A stretch of 51,441 nucleotides of DNA from an uncultured bacterium (GTDB lineage Bacteria > CSSED10-310 > CAZUFC01), in assembly GCA_964619725.1 (NCBI GenBank), contig CAZUFC010000057.1, positions 1 through 51,441 of the forward strand, in the 5' to 3' direction. The notes under the pieces are model-generated. The model searched no databases. It was not told where the DNA came from and saw only the letters and a list, made by a program, of their open reading frames with translations. The position numbers and the translations under genes were made by a program. This document shows positions 8,932-18,917 of this stretch, piece after piece. Positions within the stretch are counted from its first letter, which is position 1; each line of letters opens with the position of its first letter.

Positions 8932-10614
8932 ATGACTCACGAAGGCACATACAGAGGCATAAGAAAAAAAATAAAAAATATATTTCTGCCGGCTGTACTT
9001 CTGTTCGCCTTTTGCTTTTGCATTAAAGCAGGCGGCCGGGGATTCTTTGCGTTCGATCAGTCCATCGTTTTCGACGGCGGATACCGTATTTATTCGGGAC
9101 AGACGCCGTACGCAGATTTTTACATCCCTTTCGGACCGGTTGTTTTTTGGCTTCAGGCTTTATTTTTCGGATTCTTTGGAGTCAATTATTACGCTTACCT
9201 GATTCATGCCGCAACCATAAACGCCCTTGCTGCATTATGCGTTTTTTTAGCGATTCGCACCTGGTTTCCGGAACATAAATTTTTGCCCTATCCAGCATCA
9301 TTCCTTACTGCTGTCTGGTTCTATCCGCCAATAGGAACGCCCTGGGCCGATCAGACGGCCTTCTTCTTTGATCTGGCCGCGCTGACGATATTGTTGGGCT
9401 TACCTGCAAATAATAAAACCGGAAAATCGGAGCGACCTCTTGCAGTTATAGCTGCCGGCGGATTCGCTTCCCTTGCCGTGCTGAGTAAACAGAATATCGG
9501 TCTTTTTTTTCTTCCGCTCTGTTTATTGTACCTGATCATCAAACCGGGAACCGGCAGAAAACGTTGTTTACAAGATATAATGGCCTTCTCGGCGGGTTGC
9601 GGCGCCGTTTTGATTTTATTCCTGGTGTGGTTATTCATTTTTTCTGATGCAAAGGCTTTTGCTATTTATACGCTTCAAATTCCGGCAGAAGTCGGCTCAA
9701 ACAGACTCTTCAGTGAAAATACACCCCTATTAAAAACTTTTGATATCTTCTCCAGTTTGTCCGGCCTGCCCTTTGTACGATTTATAAATATCATCACTCT
9801 CCTGACTGCTCCAGCAGTCGCCTTACAGGTCATACGAAAAAAACGAAACGGGCAGGCTCCTCCTCAAAAACTCCTGATGAGCGCTTTGATCGGTTTGTAT
9901 CTTATATTGTTGCAGAATCTCATCATACATACTTCCTGGAACCAGCAGGAAAGTTATATCCCCTTCACCGGTCTTATCCTGGCTGCAGCCGCCGGAATCT
10001 GGCTCAATACGATTGATCATCCTGAATTCAAAACTCGCCTGCGCTTATGGGGAAAACGTTTTGCCTGGACGATATTACTCGTCGCCGGCCTGGGCGCATC
10101 ATTATCAGGCATTAAGGCAGCCCTGGACAGAAGAGTTCAGGAATTTTTCTCCCTAACACAATTTTCAGAAGAAATGAACCATGCGAAATTAAAAGGATTG
10201 CGGTGGGGACATTCCAGCCGCAGAGGACTCCAGGTTTCCGGTATCGAATTTTTATCCCTGTTGAATTTCCTGGAAATGGAAAACCGGCCCTTCTTCGTCT
10301 TTCCCGATTATACCGTCCTTTACGGACTAACCGGTCAACCGGCGTCCCAACCCGTCCTATGGTTCCACAAAGGTTTGACCTATCCTGAAGTCTACGACAA
10401 GAAACTCGATCGCTTGATTGTGGAAAGACTTAAAGCAAATAACGTCGAAATAATCGTGATAGAAAACAGGTCATGGTTCTACACAGAGAAAAGACTGAAT
10501 GATTTTCCTCAACTGAAAAACTTTATTCATTCTCAATTTACACCATTCGATCAGCTCGGTCATTTCCGCGTTTTTCTGAAAAAAACGCTGTCCCTGGAGA
10601 AGGGACCCAATTAA
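8932..10614 (+). CDS. Polytopic GT-C-like (GT39/PMT-2-type) glycosyltransferase
   Basis: First loop FDQSIVFDGGYRIYSGQTPYADF...GP, LSKQNIG motif, about 11 TM helices, soluble C-terminal domain. Confidence 0.68.
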   Translation: MTHEGTYRGIRKKIKNIFLPAVLLFAFCFCIKAGGRGFFAFDQSIVFDGGYRIYSGQTPYADFYIPFGPVVFWLQALFFGFFGVNYYAYLIHAATINALAALCVFLAIRTWFPEHKFLPYPASFLTAVWFYPPIGTPWADQTAFFFDLAALTILLGLPANNKTGKSERPLAVIAAGGFASLAVLSKQNIGLFFLPLCLLYLIIKPGTGRKRCLQDIMAFSAGCGAVLILFLVWLFIFSDAKAFAIYTLQIPAEVGSNRLFSENTPLLKTFDIFSSLSGLPFVRFINIITLLTAPAVALQVIRKKRNGQAPPQKLLMSALIGLYLILLQNLIIHTSWNQQESYIPFTGLILAAAAGIWLNTIDHPEFKTRLRLWGKRFAWTILLVAGLGASLSGIKAALDRRVQEFFSLTQFSEEMNHAKLKGLRWGHSSRRGLQVSGIEFLSLLNFLEMENRPFFVFPDYTVLYGLTGQPASQPVLWFHKGLTYPEVYDKKLDRLIVERLKANNVEIIVIENRSWFYTEKRLNDFPQLKNFIHSQFTPFDQLGHFRVFLKKTLSLEKGPN

Positions 10615-10642
10615 CCGTTTCAGTTATGAATATGAAAAGTAA

Positions 10643-10680
10643 AGCGCCTGTCTCGCTGTAATGATTTGCGGACAGGCGCT
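10643..10680. terminator. Hairpin between convergent genes, with family B-type ends
   Basis: AGCGCCTGTC...GACAGGCGCT perfect 10-bp inverted repeat. Confidence 0.55.
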
Positions 10681-10734
10681 GAATGGTTATTTTAATTTAT
10701 GAATTTTCAGGACTGCTTAAGCCTGGTCCTTTCA

Positions 10735-13308
10735 TTATTCTTTTTTTCGTCTTATCAGCATGGAGCCTGAAATCAGTGCCAGAAGCAAAGTAATACCCCA
10801 ACCGGCCATGGATGGTACGCGCATCAGGGATTGAGTGGGTGTATTAGTCGCGGTGAAAGGAGGCAGGGTAGGAGTTCTGGTGGGAGTGTAGGTTGAGTAA
10901 GTGGGTGATCTGGTGGGAGTGCGTGTAGGCGTTCTGGTGTTTGCGGGCGTTCTGGTGATCGTCGGTGTTCTTGTTGTTGTCCTGGTAGGAGTTCGTGTGG
11001 GTGATCGAGTGGGGGTGCGTGTTATTGTGGGTGTTCTGGTTCTTGTTCTGGTAGGTGTTCTGGTAGGTGTTCTGGTCAGTGTTCTCGTCGGCGTACGAGT
11101 CGGCGTTCGTGTTCGGGTAGGCGTTCTCGTAGCGGTCCTGGTCGGAGTCCTGGTGGGCGACCTGGTAGGCGTAGGCGTTGGAACGCCGTAGGAGAAGGTA
11201 TAATCGCCTTCGTCATCATAATCATTGGAATTTGCTTTCCATATCGCCAGAACGTACCAATGCGTTTCGGTACAGTTGAAGATAAAACTTTCGTCCTCAC
11301 CGTCATCGCCGGAATTGGAATAGCAGCCTGATACGTAATCAAATTTACTCCAGTAGACGTCATTGGCCTCCGGGCCGTATAAGCTGAATCCCAGGTCGGC
11401 GTAGGACGAATCGTTTTGCAGGTTGAACACGTATGTATTTCCCGCGTAACAGGCAACTTCATAAATATCCAGGACATCGTTCGGATCAACCGACCCTGTT
11501 CTGGGCGTGTCGCCGGAGAACAGCAGGGTGTTGTAATAATCATATTGAATGTAGAAACCGCTGCTGCTGTCGTTATAATTGGTCACCCCGGCCCATCTGG
11601 TGACGTTATGACTGGGATTGCCGCAGTATATGATTATTTCCGACTGGTCCGGTCCGCTGGTTGAACTCTCGGCATATCCGGCAAAACCCGCTTCAGCGCC
11701 GGAATAATCATCAAAGACATAAAGGTCGTAATCTGCAGTGGAACTGGTGGCCAGCATACCGATGCCGGCACAATAAGCATCTCCGGTGGCTGTATGAAAC
11801 GAGAAACCGTCGCAGTTTTTGTAAGAACCGCCGGTATAGTCTTCAGGCGGCGCTGATCTGTATACGCCCGATTCGACAGTCAATTGATAAGGCGACCATA
11901 CGTACTGGCGCGTATATGAATTGTTGCTAAAAGTTTCGGTTTGTTCCCAGACAGTTCCGTCATCGGGAGGATCAGCACAGCGGTTGGGGTCATCGTAATG
12001 GACTTCTACGGTATGCCTGCCTCCTTTTATGTTATGAGGCCCTTGGTCCGGCAAAGCATAAGTATCGCCGGCTCCGACATAGGTCCAGGTATACCATCTG
12101 GTGTATATGTCATCCACGTATAATCTCTGGTAAGCCTGAACGGAATTTACCGGACCGCTGTTGCGCGTACCGATATTGAAATAGCTGGACGAGGAATTGC
12201 CGGGCAGAGTGGAAGGAACCTGGCACCAGGTGTCGTGGCATGATGTGTCGCCGCGCATCACCAGCGTATAGTCCCAACCGGAAGGGGTTCCAGATGTCAA
12301 GTCAGGCCAGTCGTCTACCTGAACATAAGCAGTATTTCCTTCAATGCCTCTGCAATCCGATCCCATTTCTATTCGAAAATAGCCGCCTGTTCCTACCAGT
12401 CCGTATGTGTCTTCGCCCCAGCCGGTCCCCCAGGAATTCTTGCAAATCCAGCAGGCGCCGCCGGGATCGTCGTCATTCCATCCCACTATGATGACGAAGT
12501 GACCGGCTTTGTCGTCTCCGCCGTCATCCTTTGTACAATCATCGAATACGCCGCCGGTATAACCGCTGAAGGCCGCATTGGTGTCCATCCACGTGGGAAG
12601 AGGTCCCCAGGACGGCAGCATGCCTTTGATGTCGTCGACATTATTATTGACCCATCCCCAATTCGTTATGTAATGACGCCTGACGTTATAATCCCCGCAG
12701 CGGTTATCAGCACAATTAGGCGGCGGTTGTCCCCCCTGATACGGCATGCAGCATTCATCCACTACCCCGTCATTTTCAAGATGGTTCAACGGAGTGCTCA
12801 ATGTCGTGGGATTGCAATGTCCGACCAGGCATGAGTCCAGATACTGTTCCGCCAGGTCCGGCTCTACATTCGGTTCATAGGCGACATATTTCATTTTCGC
12901 TTCGACCGCGCCACATGATGCGAACGCCCAGCAATCGGAACAACCCTGATGCTTTACAGGCGTCATCCAATTATATCCGGCGTTGTCCAACCAGCAAAAA
13001 TAGGACCGATCCTTCGCCCACGCCTTTTGCTCCTCCGTCGCATACATTACCGGTATCGACGGATCATCCATGGCTTCACGAATTCCGCCGTTCATCATCA
13101 TGTCTCGTATATCGTCCGGCAAATCGAATATCTCCGTATGACCTGCCGTCCAACTGCTCCCCTGCTCCTCTATCCTCTTCTGTATCTCCTGAAGCTCCTG
13201 CTCCCGTCTCTTCTCCAAGTCCGCTCCCGCGTCCGTTTCGCCGACAGCTTTCTGTTCACTGAATGAAAGCAATACAAAGCTTAACATAAAAATAATTATC
13301 GCTCTCAT
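10735..13308 (-). CDS. Secreted papain-family (C1A) cysteine protease with accessory domains, TPTR stalk and IPTL-CTERM-like anchor
   Basis: Signal peptide and propeptide; QGCSDCWAF (Gln/Cys), GHFVIIVGW (His), WICKNSWG (Asn); ~110-aa (TPTR)n tract; [14 protein letters not shown]. Confidence 0.92.
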   Translation of the reverse strand: MRAIIIFMLSFVLLSFSEQKAVGETDAGADLEKRREQELQEIQKRIEEQGSSWTAGHTEIFDLPDDIRDMMMNGGIREAMDDPSIPVMYATEEQKAWAKDRSYFCWLDNAGYNWMTPVKHQGCSDCWAFASCGAVEAKMKYVAYEPNVEPDLAEQYLDSCLVGHCNPTTLSTPLNHLENDGVVDECCMPYQGGQPPPNCADNRCGDYNVRRHYITNWGWVNNNVDDIKGMLPSWGPLPTWMDTNAAFSGYTGGVFDDCTKDDGGDDKAGHFVIIVGWNDDDPGGACWICKNSWGTGWGEDTYGLVGTGGYFRIEMGSDCRGIEGNTAYVQVDDWPDLTSGTPSGWDYTLVMRGDTSCHDTWCQVPSTLPGNSSSSYFNIGTRNSGPVNSVQAYQRLYVDDIYTRWYTWTYVGAGDTYALPDQGPHNIKGGRHTVEVHYDDPNRCADPPDDGTVWEQTETFSNNSYTRQYVWSPYQLTVESGVYRSAPPEDYTGGSYKNCDGFSFHTATGDAYCAGIGMLATSSTADYDLYVFDDYSGAEAGFAGYAESSTSGPDQSEIIIYCGNPSHNVTRWAGVTNYNDSSSGFYIQYDYYNTLLFSGDTPRTGSVDPNDVLDIYEVACYAGNTYVFNLQNDSSYADLGFSLYGPEANDVYWSKFDYVSGCYSNSGDDGEDESFIFNCTETHWYVLAIWKANSNDYDDEGDYTFSYGVPTPTPTRSPTRTPTRTATRTPTRTRTPTRTPTRTLTRTPTRTPTRTRTRTPTITRTPTRSPTRTPTRTTTRTPTITRTPANTRTPTRTPTRSPTYSTYTPTRTPTLPPFTATNTPTQSLMRVPSMAGWGITLLLALISGSMLIRRKKE

Positions 13309-13829
13309 TGCTGCGCCTCCTCACTCGGCAAAACACGGCCTGCCGGCGGCGCCGCCGGCGGTCTTTTCGCTCTTATACCGCTTTCCTTGCGGCGCTCTAA
13401 ACTTTCCAAATGCTCCAGCGCCGATATAATCTCCTCGATCCGCTCTTCCGCACGGTCGCGGATCGCAAAATCGAGATACGCCTCCAGTATGCTCTTTTCC
13501 ATCTTACTTTTTGTCTTTTCTATCTCAGCATTAATCTCCCGTCTCCTTAATTCGCTTTTCGCCTCCTTCATCTGCTCGCTCAGCTCCTTTACCTTCTTTT
13601 GCGCTTCCGACTCTATCGCCTTGATTACTACATCTTCCTCCGTCAACGGCGCATGAATCGGCTCCAATGCACTGTCCGATTCTGATCGCGGTGACTGAGT
13701 TATTTCCTCTGAGTTCAAAGGTTCAACGGCAACACTCTGCCCTGATGAACCTTCTTCTGCTGCCTGCAGACTTGTCGAATAACACGCTGCAGTTATTGAC
13801 GCTAAAACAACAATAAACATCAGCTTCAT
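13305..13829 (-). CDS. Secreted helical/coiled-coil hypothetical protein coupled to the protease
   Basis: GAGGAGG RBS before MKLMFIVVL (13829), signal peptide, E/K-rich helices; stop overlaps the protease ATG (ATGA). Confidence 0.8.
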   Translation of the reverse strand: MKLMFIVVLASITAACYSTSLQAAEEGSSGQSVAVEPLNSEEITQSPRSESDSALEPIHAPLTEEDVVIKAIESEAQKKVKELSEQMKEAKSELRRREINAEIEKTKSKMEKSILEAYLDFAIRDRAEERIEEIISALEHLESLERRKESGIRAKRPPAAPPAGRVLPSEEAQQ

Positions 13830-14097
13830 CAAATACGTCCTCCTCTTTGACAGATGTCCACACATCTCCATTCGTTTCCTCCTTAAGGTTTTTCCGCGGC
13901 TTTTCTAACTACTGGAATTTAAAACCCTCTGACCCTCTAACAATACCCCTGTCCGGTGGCGATCAAAGAAATTTCAACCCTGAGCCGTCCGATAACACGA
14001 GCCATCAGAAATCTCGTGAAATCTGATAATATTGTTTTAAGAAAAAAAATGGAAAAAGCAAGTACTTTTTTTGTTTTTCTCGGAAAAAAATAAAACG

Positions 14098-15261
14098 CTA
14101 CACAGGCGTTTGAGGACCCTCCTTAACCAGGGAGCGTCCTATCACCAGACGTTGAATCTGGTTCGTTCCTTCGTAGATTTGAGTGATCTTTGCATCCCTC
14201 ATGTATTTTTCTATGGGATATTCATGGCTGTAGCCATATCCCCCGAAAATCTGAACGGCATCCACGGTTACTTTCATCGCCGTGTCGGTGGCGAAGAGTT
14301 TCGCCATGGCGGAGAGTCTTGAGACCTTCTTGCCCTTTGAGTCTATGGTTCCAGCGCAATTATAGATCAGGTTTCTGGCTGCTTCTACCTGGACGGCCAT
14401 GTCGGACAGCATGAATTGCAGTCCCTGGAACGCGCCGATAGGCTGACCGAACTGTTTTCTTTTTTGCGCATAATCACAAGCTAATTCAAAGGCGCCCTGG
14501 GCCAGGCCGCATGCCTGGGCCGCCACGCCGGGACGGGCCCTGTCAAGGGTCATCATCGCAACGGCGAATCCGGCGCCCTCGCGGCCGCCGAGTAAAGCGT
14601 CTTCGGACACCCTTGTTTTCTTGAGATGAATTTCATGAACCGGTACGCATCTTATTCCCATAAGGTCTTCCCGTTTGCCCACTTCAAATTGAGGATTATT
14701 GCGTTCCACCAGGAAACCCGATATACCTCTGGTGCCCTTCTCCGGAGACGTTTTTGCAAATATAGTGAATATGTCGGCTACGCCGGCTCCCGTCGTCCAT
14801 TTCTTTTCCCCTTCTATCACATAACCGTCGTCTTCCTTTGCCGCAGAAGTCTGCAAACTCCCCGCGTCGCTTCCCGCTTCCTTCTCCGTTAACCCGAACG
14901 CCGCCAGCGCCTCACCCTTCGCTATCCGAGGCAACCACTTCCGCTTCTGATCCTCCGTTCCCCCGATTAAAATCGGCATTGAACCCAATGCATTGACGGC
15001 AAAAGCTACTCCGACGCCTCCGCACGCTCTGCTTAACTCCTCCACAGCTATACAGAAATTCAGTATCCCCGCTCCCAGTCCTCCATATTCCTTCGGCACC
15101 CATATCCCCATCAGATTCTCTTTTTTCATCGCCTCTATCATCGGCCAGGGATACTCACCGCTTCGGTCCAATTCCGCCGCTATCGGACGAACTACCGTCT
15201 CAGCTATGTTTCTTACTCTCCTTCTGATTTCAAGATTCTCTTCACTCAATGGAAAACTCAT
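14098..15261 (-). CDS. Acyl-CoA dehydrogenase (short-chain/butyryl-CoA type)
   Basis: FGLTEKEAGSDA, RKQFGQPI, QIFGGYGY, RDAKITQIYEGTNQIQR; RBS GAAGGAG before MSFPL. Confidence 0.95.
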   Translation of the reverse strand: MSFPLSEENLEIRRRVRNIAETVVRPIAAELDRSGEYPWPMIEAMKKENLMGIWVPKEYGGLGAGILNFCIAVEELSRACGGVGVAFAVNALGSMPILIGGTEDQKRKWLPRIAKGEALAAFGLTEKEAGSDAGSLQTSAAKEDDGYVIEGEKKWTTGAGVADIFTIFAKTSPEKGTRGISGFLVERNNPQFEVGKREDLMGIRCVPVHEIHLKKTRVSEDALLGGREGAGFAVAMMTLDRARPGVAAQACGLAQGAFELACDYAQKRKQFGQPIGAFQGLQFMLSDMAVQVEAARNLIYNCAGTIDSKGKKVSRLSAMAKLFATDTAMKVTVDAVQIFGGYGYSHEYPIEKYMRDAKITQIYEGTNQIQRLVIGRSLVKEGPQTPV

Positions 15262-15435
15262 TTTTCTCTCCTTCACAATCTTGCATTGTCATGTTCCAAT
15301 TTAGGACGCAGAATACAGAGTTGCGCCTGCTATCCCAGTTACGGTTACCCTCTCTTTATTCCGCTGCCCTTCTTTTCATGACTTATTATTTTTACTTTTA
15401 TCGTTATTCATCAATCATATTTTCAAACGTTTTCA

Positions 15436-15876
15436 TCATTCCCGAAAAAAACGCCGGTTCAATCGCTTTAAAGCATTCTCAATCAGCTTCCAGAACTCGT
15501 CTGCAGCGCGTCGATATGCGCTGCTCTCCCTTCTTCTGCTCCCGTTGAAATCAGACAATCTTTCCATTACCGTTTCCAGCCTGTTTAAATCCTGTATCTC
15601 CAGCCTGTCGTTTGCGGGCTTAACCATATTGGCCGATGACGTTTGATCGGGTTTGTCCGAATCAACCCCTTCAACAGGGTTTGACAGGGTTTGACCTGAC
15701 TCGCTCGATAAACGATTCAATTCTTCCACAGGAATATACCTCACCTGCATACGCCCTCTGCGCCTGAGTTCAGAATCGATCTTCCCCTCACGGATATACC
15801 CTCTGACGGTTGAGATGCTGACGCCCAGTTTTTCCGCAGCCTCTCTGATTGTCATTTCGTCGGAATTGCTTTTCAT
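15436..15876 (-). CDS. HTH_17/excisionase-like DNA-binding protein with C-terminal helix
   Basis: MTIREAAEKLGVSISTVRGYIREGKI. Confidence 0.8.
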   Translation of the reverse strand: MKSNSDEMTIREAAEKLGVSISTVRGYIREGKIDSELRRRGRMQVRYIPVEELNRLSSESGQTLSNPVEGVDSDKPDQTSSANMVKPANDRLEIQDLNRLETVMERLSDFNGSRRRESSAYRRAADEFWKLIENALKRLNRRFFRE

Positions 15877-15977
15877 GTCTGCTGCCTTTATGAAAATTCC
15901 CGGATTGCTGAAAACGTCAGGCCATAGTAATGCAATCTTCCCACGAAGGCAAGCGGAGGATTCGGGAATCGCTTATC

Positions 15978-16053
15978 AAAGGTTTCCGAAGGGCTCTGAC
16001 CCCGTTTCTAAAGGTTTCCGAAGGGCTCTGACCCCGTTTCTCTGACCCCGTTT
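15978..16053 (+). repeat. Tandem 32-bp repeat (2 exact copies plus a partial) carrying REP-like motif C
   Basis: AAAGGTTTCCGAAGGGCTCTGACCCCGTTTCT x2, then CTGACCCCGTTT. Confidence 0.9.
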
Positions 16054-16300
16054 GATTCTCCAACGATCATCGATTACATCATTTGGGGAGATACTCGGCC
16101 GGAATTTGCCCTGGTCGGAGCATCTAACCCGTCGGTAACATATCGCGACGTCGAGGGAAGCTGGCCCGGAAACGTCAATATTAACAGGAATCCCTATTTC
16201 GCAACAGGACCCATCGGCAATCATATCTAAGCCATATAGCCGCCGGGAAATCCTTCAACAGTCCCTGCATCGATGCGGCGAGCGATACGGCTGCGAACTC
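16054..16300 (+). pseudogene. Fragment of a beta-helix surface-protein gene (C-terminal cap region), frameshifted
   Basis: Reads SPTIIDYIIWGD...VTYRDVEGSWPGNVNINRNPYFATGPIGN, then a frameshift near 16224, then YLSHIAAGKSFNSPCIDAASDTA; homologous to DPLWTSGPLGDHYLS...DSPCINAGDT in CDS 31047-33086; no start codon. Confidence 0.8.
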
Positions 16301-16319
16301 GCTGAGCACGAGCACTAAG

Positions 16320-18686
16320 TCATAACCAACGCTCCACCTGAGAACGGGAAGGGAATCCGGGCAGGTCCTCACCGGATTCTACGTAGACCTCAAGATGGGG
16401 CTTCGCTTTTTCCGGTTCATATTGTCTCAATATAATTCCGAAAAGCAAACGTGCCGGAATGTAGTTCGGGTTCACATTGAAGGAATCTTTCAGTACCTCG
16501 CTCGCTGAACCGGGCATTTCCATATCAACGTAAAATTCAGCCAGGTTCATGTATCCCTGCATTTCTTCCGGCATCACATTCAGTGCGGCTTTGAAAGATC
16601 GTTCAGCCCCAGGATACTCTTTGCTTTGGATCATTCGTCTCGCCTGTTCCGTCAATTTCAGCCATTCATCCCGTCTTACTGAATCGTATCTATTTCGCGC
16701 CTCGGCGAGCTGCTTGTTCCGGTTCTGTCTTGATAAAGCTTCCAGGTAATATGGCCAGGCGGCCAAAAATTCCGGCTCTTTTTCCACAGCTTTTCCCAAA
16801 AAATCGCATGCCTGATCGGTTCTATCCAGTTCAAGATAAATTTTTCCCATCAGGTAAACACCGGAAGCATTAAAACTGATCTCACGATCCAGCCCGCTTC
16901 GAGCCATGGTCATTGCTTTTTCAGGCCTTCCTCGCTTCAGATAAAAATCTGCGAAAAGATACCGGGTGACGGTGATTCCCGGCGCTATTTCCAGGGAACG
17001 ACTGAATCTTTCCTCCGCTTCTGCATACTCTCCTTCCAGCCGGTACAACAAGGCCAGAGCAGTCTGATTATACGCGGTATCCGGATGTTTCCGGGCTTCC
17101 TGGAGAAACCACTCAATCGCTCTTCGCCTGTCTGCAGGCCTGAGAATTTCAAAATCATACTCCGGTCTGTAAAAACGCTTCTCCGCCTTCTGAACGGCAT
17201 CCAGGAATTCCGGTATCCTTTTGACGAAGAGCAACTTGAAATCATCATAATACAACAGAGCCCACTTCTGATAGCCGCTGAAAAAATATTTTACGTATGC
17301 ATTCTGTTCAAATGAATTTTCGATCAACGCGTACTTTATCCCATACTTTTCCAGTATATTGCTGAATCCTTCCTTCAGTATCTGTTTTCTGAATTTATCA
17401 TAAATTTCGACGCGACCGTCTTCGAAGACTTTCGGACGTCCGGGCCAGGCCCACATGATGTATCCGCCGTAGTTATTGTTGTGGCATAATCGCCCGGATA
17501 TGTCGTGTTTTCTCAGAAATTCCGGTATGTCGACCGGGAAGATATTTTCATTTACACCTGTTCCGAACTGAAAAACTCTTCTGTTCTCAGCCCATCCTGA
17601 AAAGAATGCAGCCCATAGCAGTCCGGCGACGGCGAGTCCTGCCGCGGCATTCCGCACCATTCTCTTATTTAAAATCGATAATTTGCCGAATAGTGTTCGT
17701 CCTGGCAGGAGACTGATTTGCACAGCGGCGGCAGCAGGCGTAAGTATAGCCAGAAAATCTATGTTTCTCAGATACTTGACGGAAGCCGCGGTGATAAGCA
17801 GCGTCGTTATGTATTCAAACGGCTTTATTTTTTTTACGGTCAAAATTAGAACGGCATATAGGACCAAAACGTAAACCGCAAGAAAAGGGAAACGCATGGG
17901 ATTCGTTATTGAGCGCCACTCTCTGGGCCTGTTGACGTCCAGAGAGCCGGTTATTTTAAAGATATAATGCGGCAGGCGACCGCCGTTGGGATTGATGAAA
18001 ACAGCAGCGATGCAGGCTCCCCAAATCAGGAGCAGGAAGAAGAATTCTCGCCTGTTTTGCGGATTTGCCAGGGAATGGCTCGATGGATACAGGAAAGAAT
18101 ACAGGAGTTGCAAGGCCGTATAAAGGGTAAAAAGAGCGATGCCGATGACGCAGGCAGCGTGCATGTTGGCCCAGACGATCATCAATGCAGGCAAGGCCCA
18201 TAATCTTTTGTCGCGCCCTTTTCTTTTATTGACGATAAGATAGAAGAACAGCGCCGTAAAAAGGAAAGTGACGGCTGAGGGACGGGCAAAAAAGCGAAAT
18301 CGGGCGAACACTGCTGCAAACACGCAGAATATCACGGCCCAACGTGGATCAGCGCCTCTCTGAACGGCAGAAAAATAGACGATCATGAAACCGGAGCCTA
18401 TAATCAGACATTTAAGAATAACGAGAAGATCGTATCCCCCGATGGAATAAATGATAAACGAAGATACGCCGAAAAGCCATTCATGATTCACCCACGGCTC
18501 TCCGTACGCCGTGAAACTGTATATGTCCCGTTGGGGAATGACACGCGTTCGGAGGATATCCTCCCCGTTCCGCAGATGCATGAACAGGTCCATGTCGATT
18601 ATCCTGAATAAGGCAAGGATAAAAACAGCCCCAAAAAGCATCGCGGCAAAAAATATGACCGTCTTTCGGCTGTGTTCCTGCTTCAT
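16320..18686 (-). CDS. Polytopic GT-C-like membrane protein with C-terminal TPRs
   Basis: DMDLFMHLRNG...D.YSFTA.GEPWVNHEWL first loop, WANMHA, about 11 TM helices, several TPRs; RBS GGGAGA before MKQEH. Confidence 0.8.
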   Translation of the reverse strand: MKQEHSRKTVIFFAAMLFGAVFILALFRIIDMDLFMHLRNGEDILRTRVIPQRDIYSFTAYGEPWVNHEWLFGVSSFIIYSIGGYDLLVILKCLIIGSGFMIVYFSAVQRGADPRWAVIFCVFAAVFARFRFFARPSAVTFLFTALFFYLIVNKRKGRDKRLWALPALMIVWANMHAACVIGIALFTLYTALQLLYSFLYPSSHSLANPQNRREFFFLLLIWGACIAAVFINPNGGRLPHYIFKITGSLDVNRPREWRSITNPMRFPFLAVYVLVLYAVLILTVKKIKPFEYITTLLITAASVKYLRNIDFLAILTPAAAAVQISLLPGRTLFGKLSILNKRMVRNAAAGLAVAGLLWAAFFSGWAENRRVFQFGTGVNENIFPVDIPEFLRKHDISGRLCHNNNYGGYIMWAWPGRPKVFEDGRVEIYDKFRKQILKEGFSNILEKYGIKYALIENSFEQNAYVKYFFSGYQKWALLYYDDFKLLFVKRIPEFLDAVQKAEKRFYRPEYDFEILRPADRRRAIEWFLQEARKHPDTAYNQTALALLYRLEGEYAEAEERFSRSLEIAPGITVTRYLFADFYLKRGRPEKAMTMARSGLDREISFNASGVYLMGKIYLELDRTDQACDFLGKAVEKEPEFLAAWPYYLEALSRQNRNKQLAEARNRYDSVRRDEWLKLTEQARRMIQSKEYPGAERSFKAALNVMPEEMQGYMNLAEFYVDMEMPGSASEVLKDSFNVNPNYIPARLLFGIILRQYEPEKAKPHLEVYVESGEDLPGFPSRSQVERWL

Positions 18687-18859
18687 GCGATCTCCCGTCG
18701 TAAAAGCTCCTTTCTCCAATATAATTCAGGACAATTCGCAAATAAAGCTTAAAAATTTCAATGACTGTTATGCCCGGAAAAATATCATCATTGCTCATAC
18801 CGGAAAATCATAGTCAGCGGGTTTATGATCCTTCTCGCGTCGCATGATGGAAATTCCTC

Positions 18860-18914
18860 AGCGCCTGTCCAACATTAAAAATTTAATAGAGTATCGAGTT
18901 TACGGTCATGCGCT
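18860..18914. repeat. Family B mini-element
   Basis: AGCGCCTGTCCAACATTAAAAATTT...TCGAGTTTACGGTCATGCGCT, 3 bp after the hrpB stop. Confidence 0.72.
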
Positions 18915-18917
18915 GAC

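Noticed and set aside
10901-11191. V/G/L-rich ORF, also 48786-49097 and 50881-51087
   Set aside because: Antisense shadows of Thr/Pro stalk codons.
15978-16053. CRISPR array
   Set aside because: The 32-bp units are directly adjacent with no spacers, and there are no cas genes.
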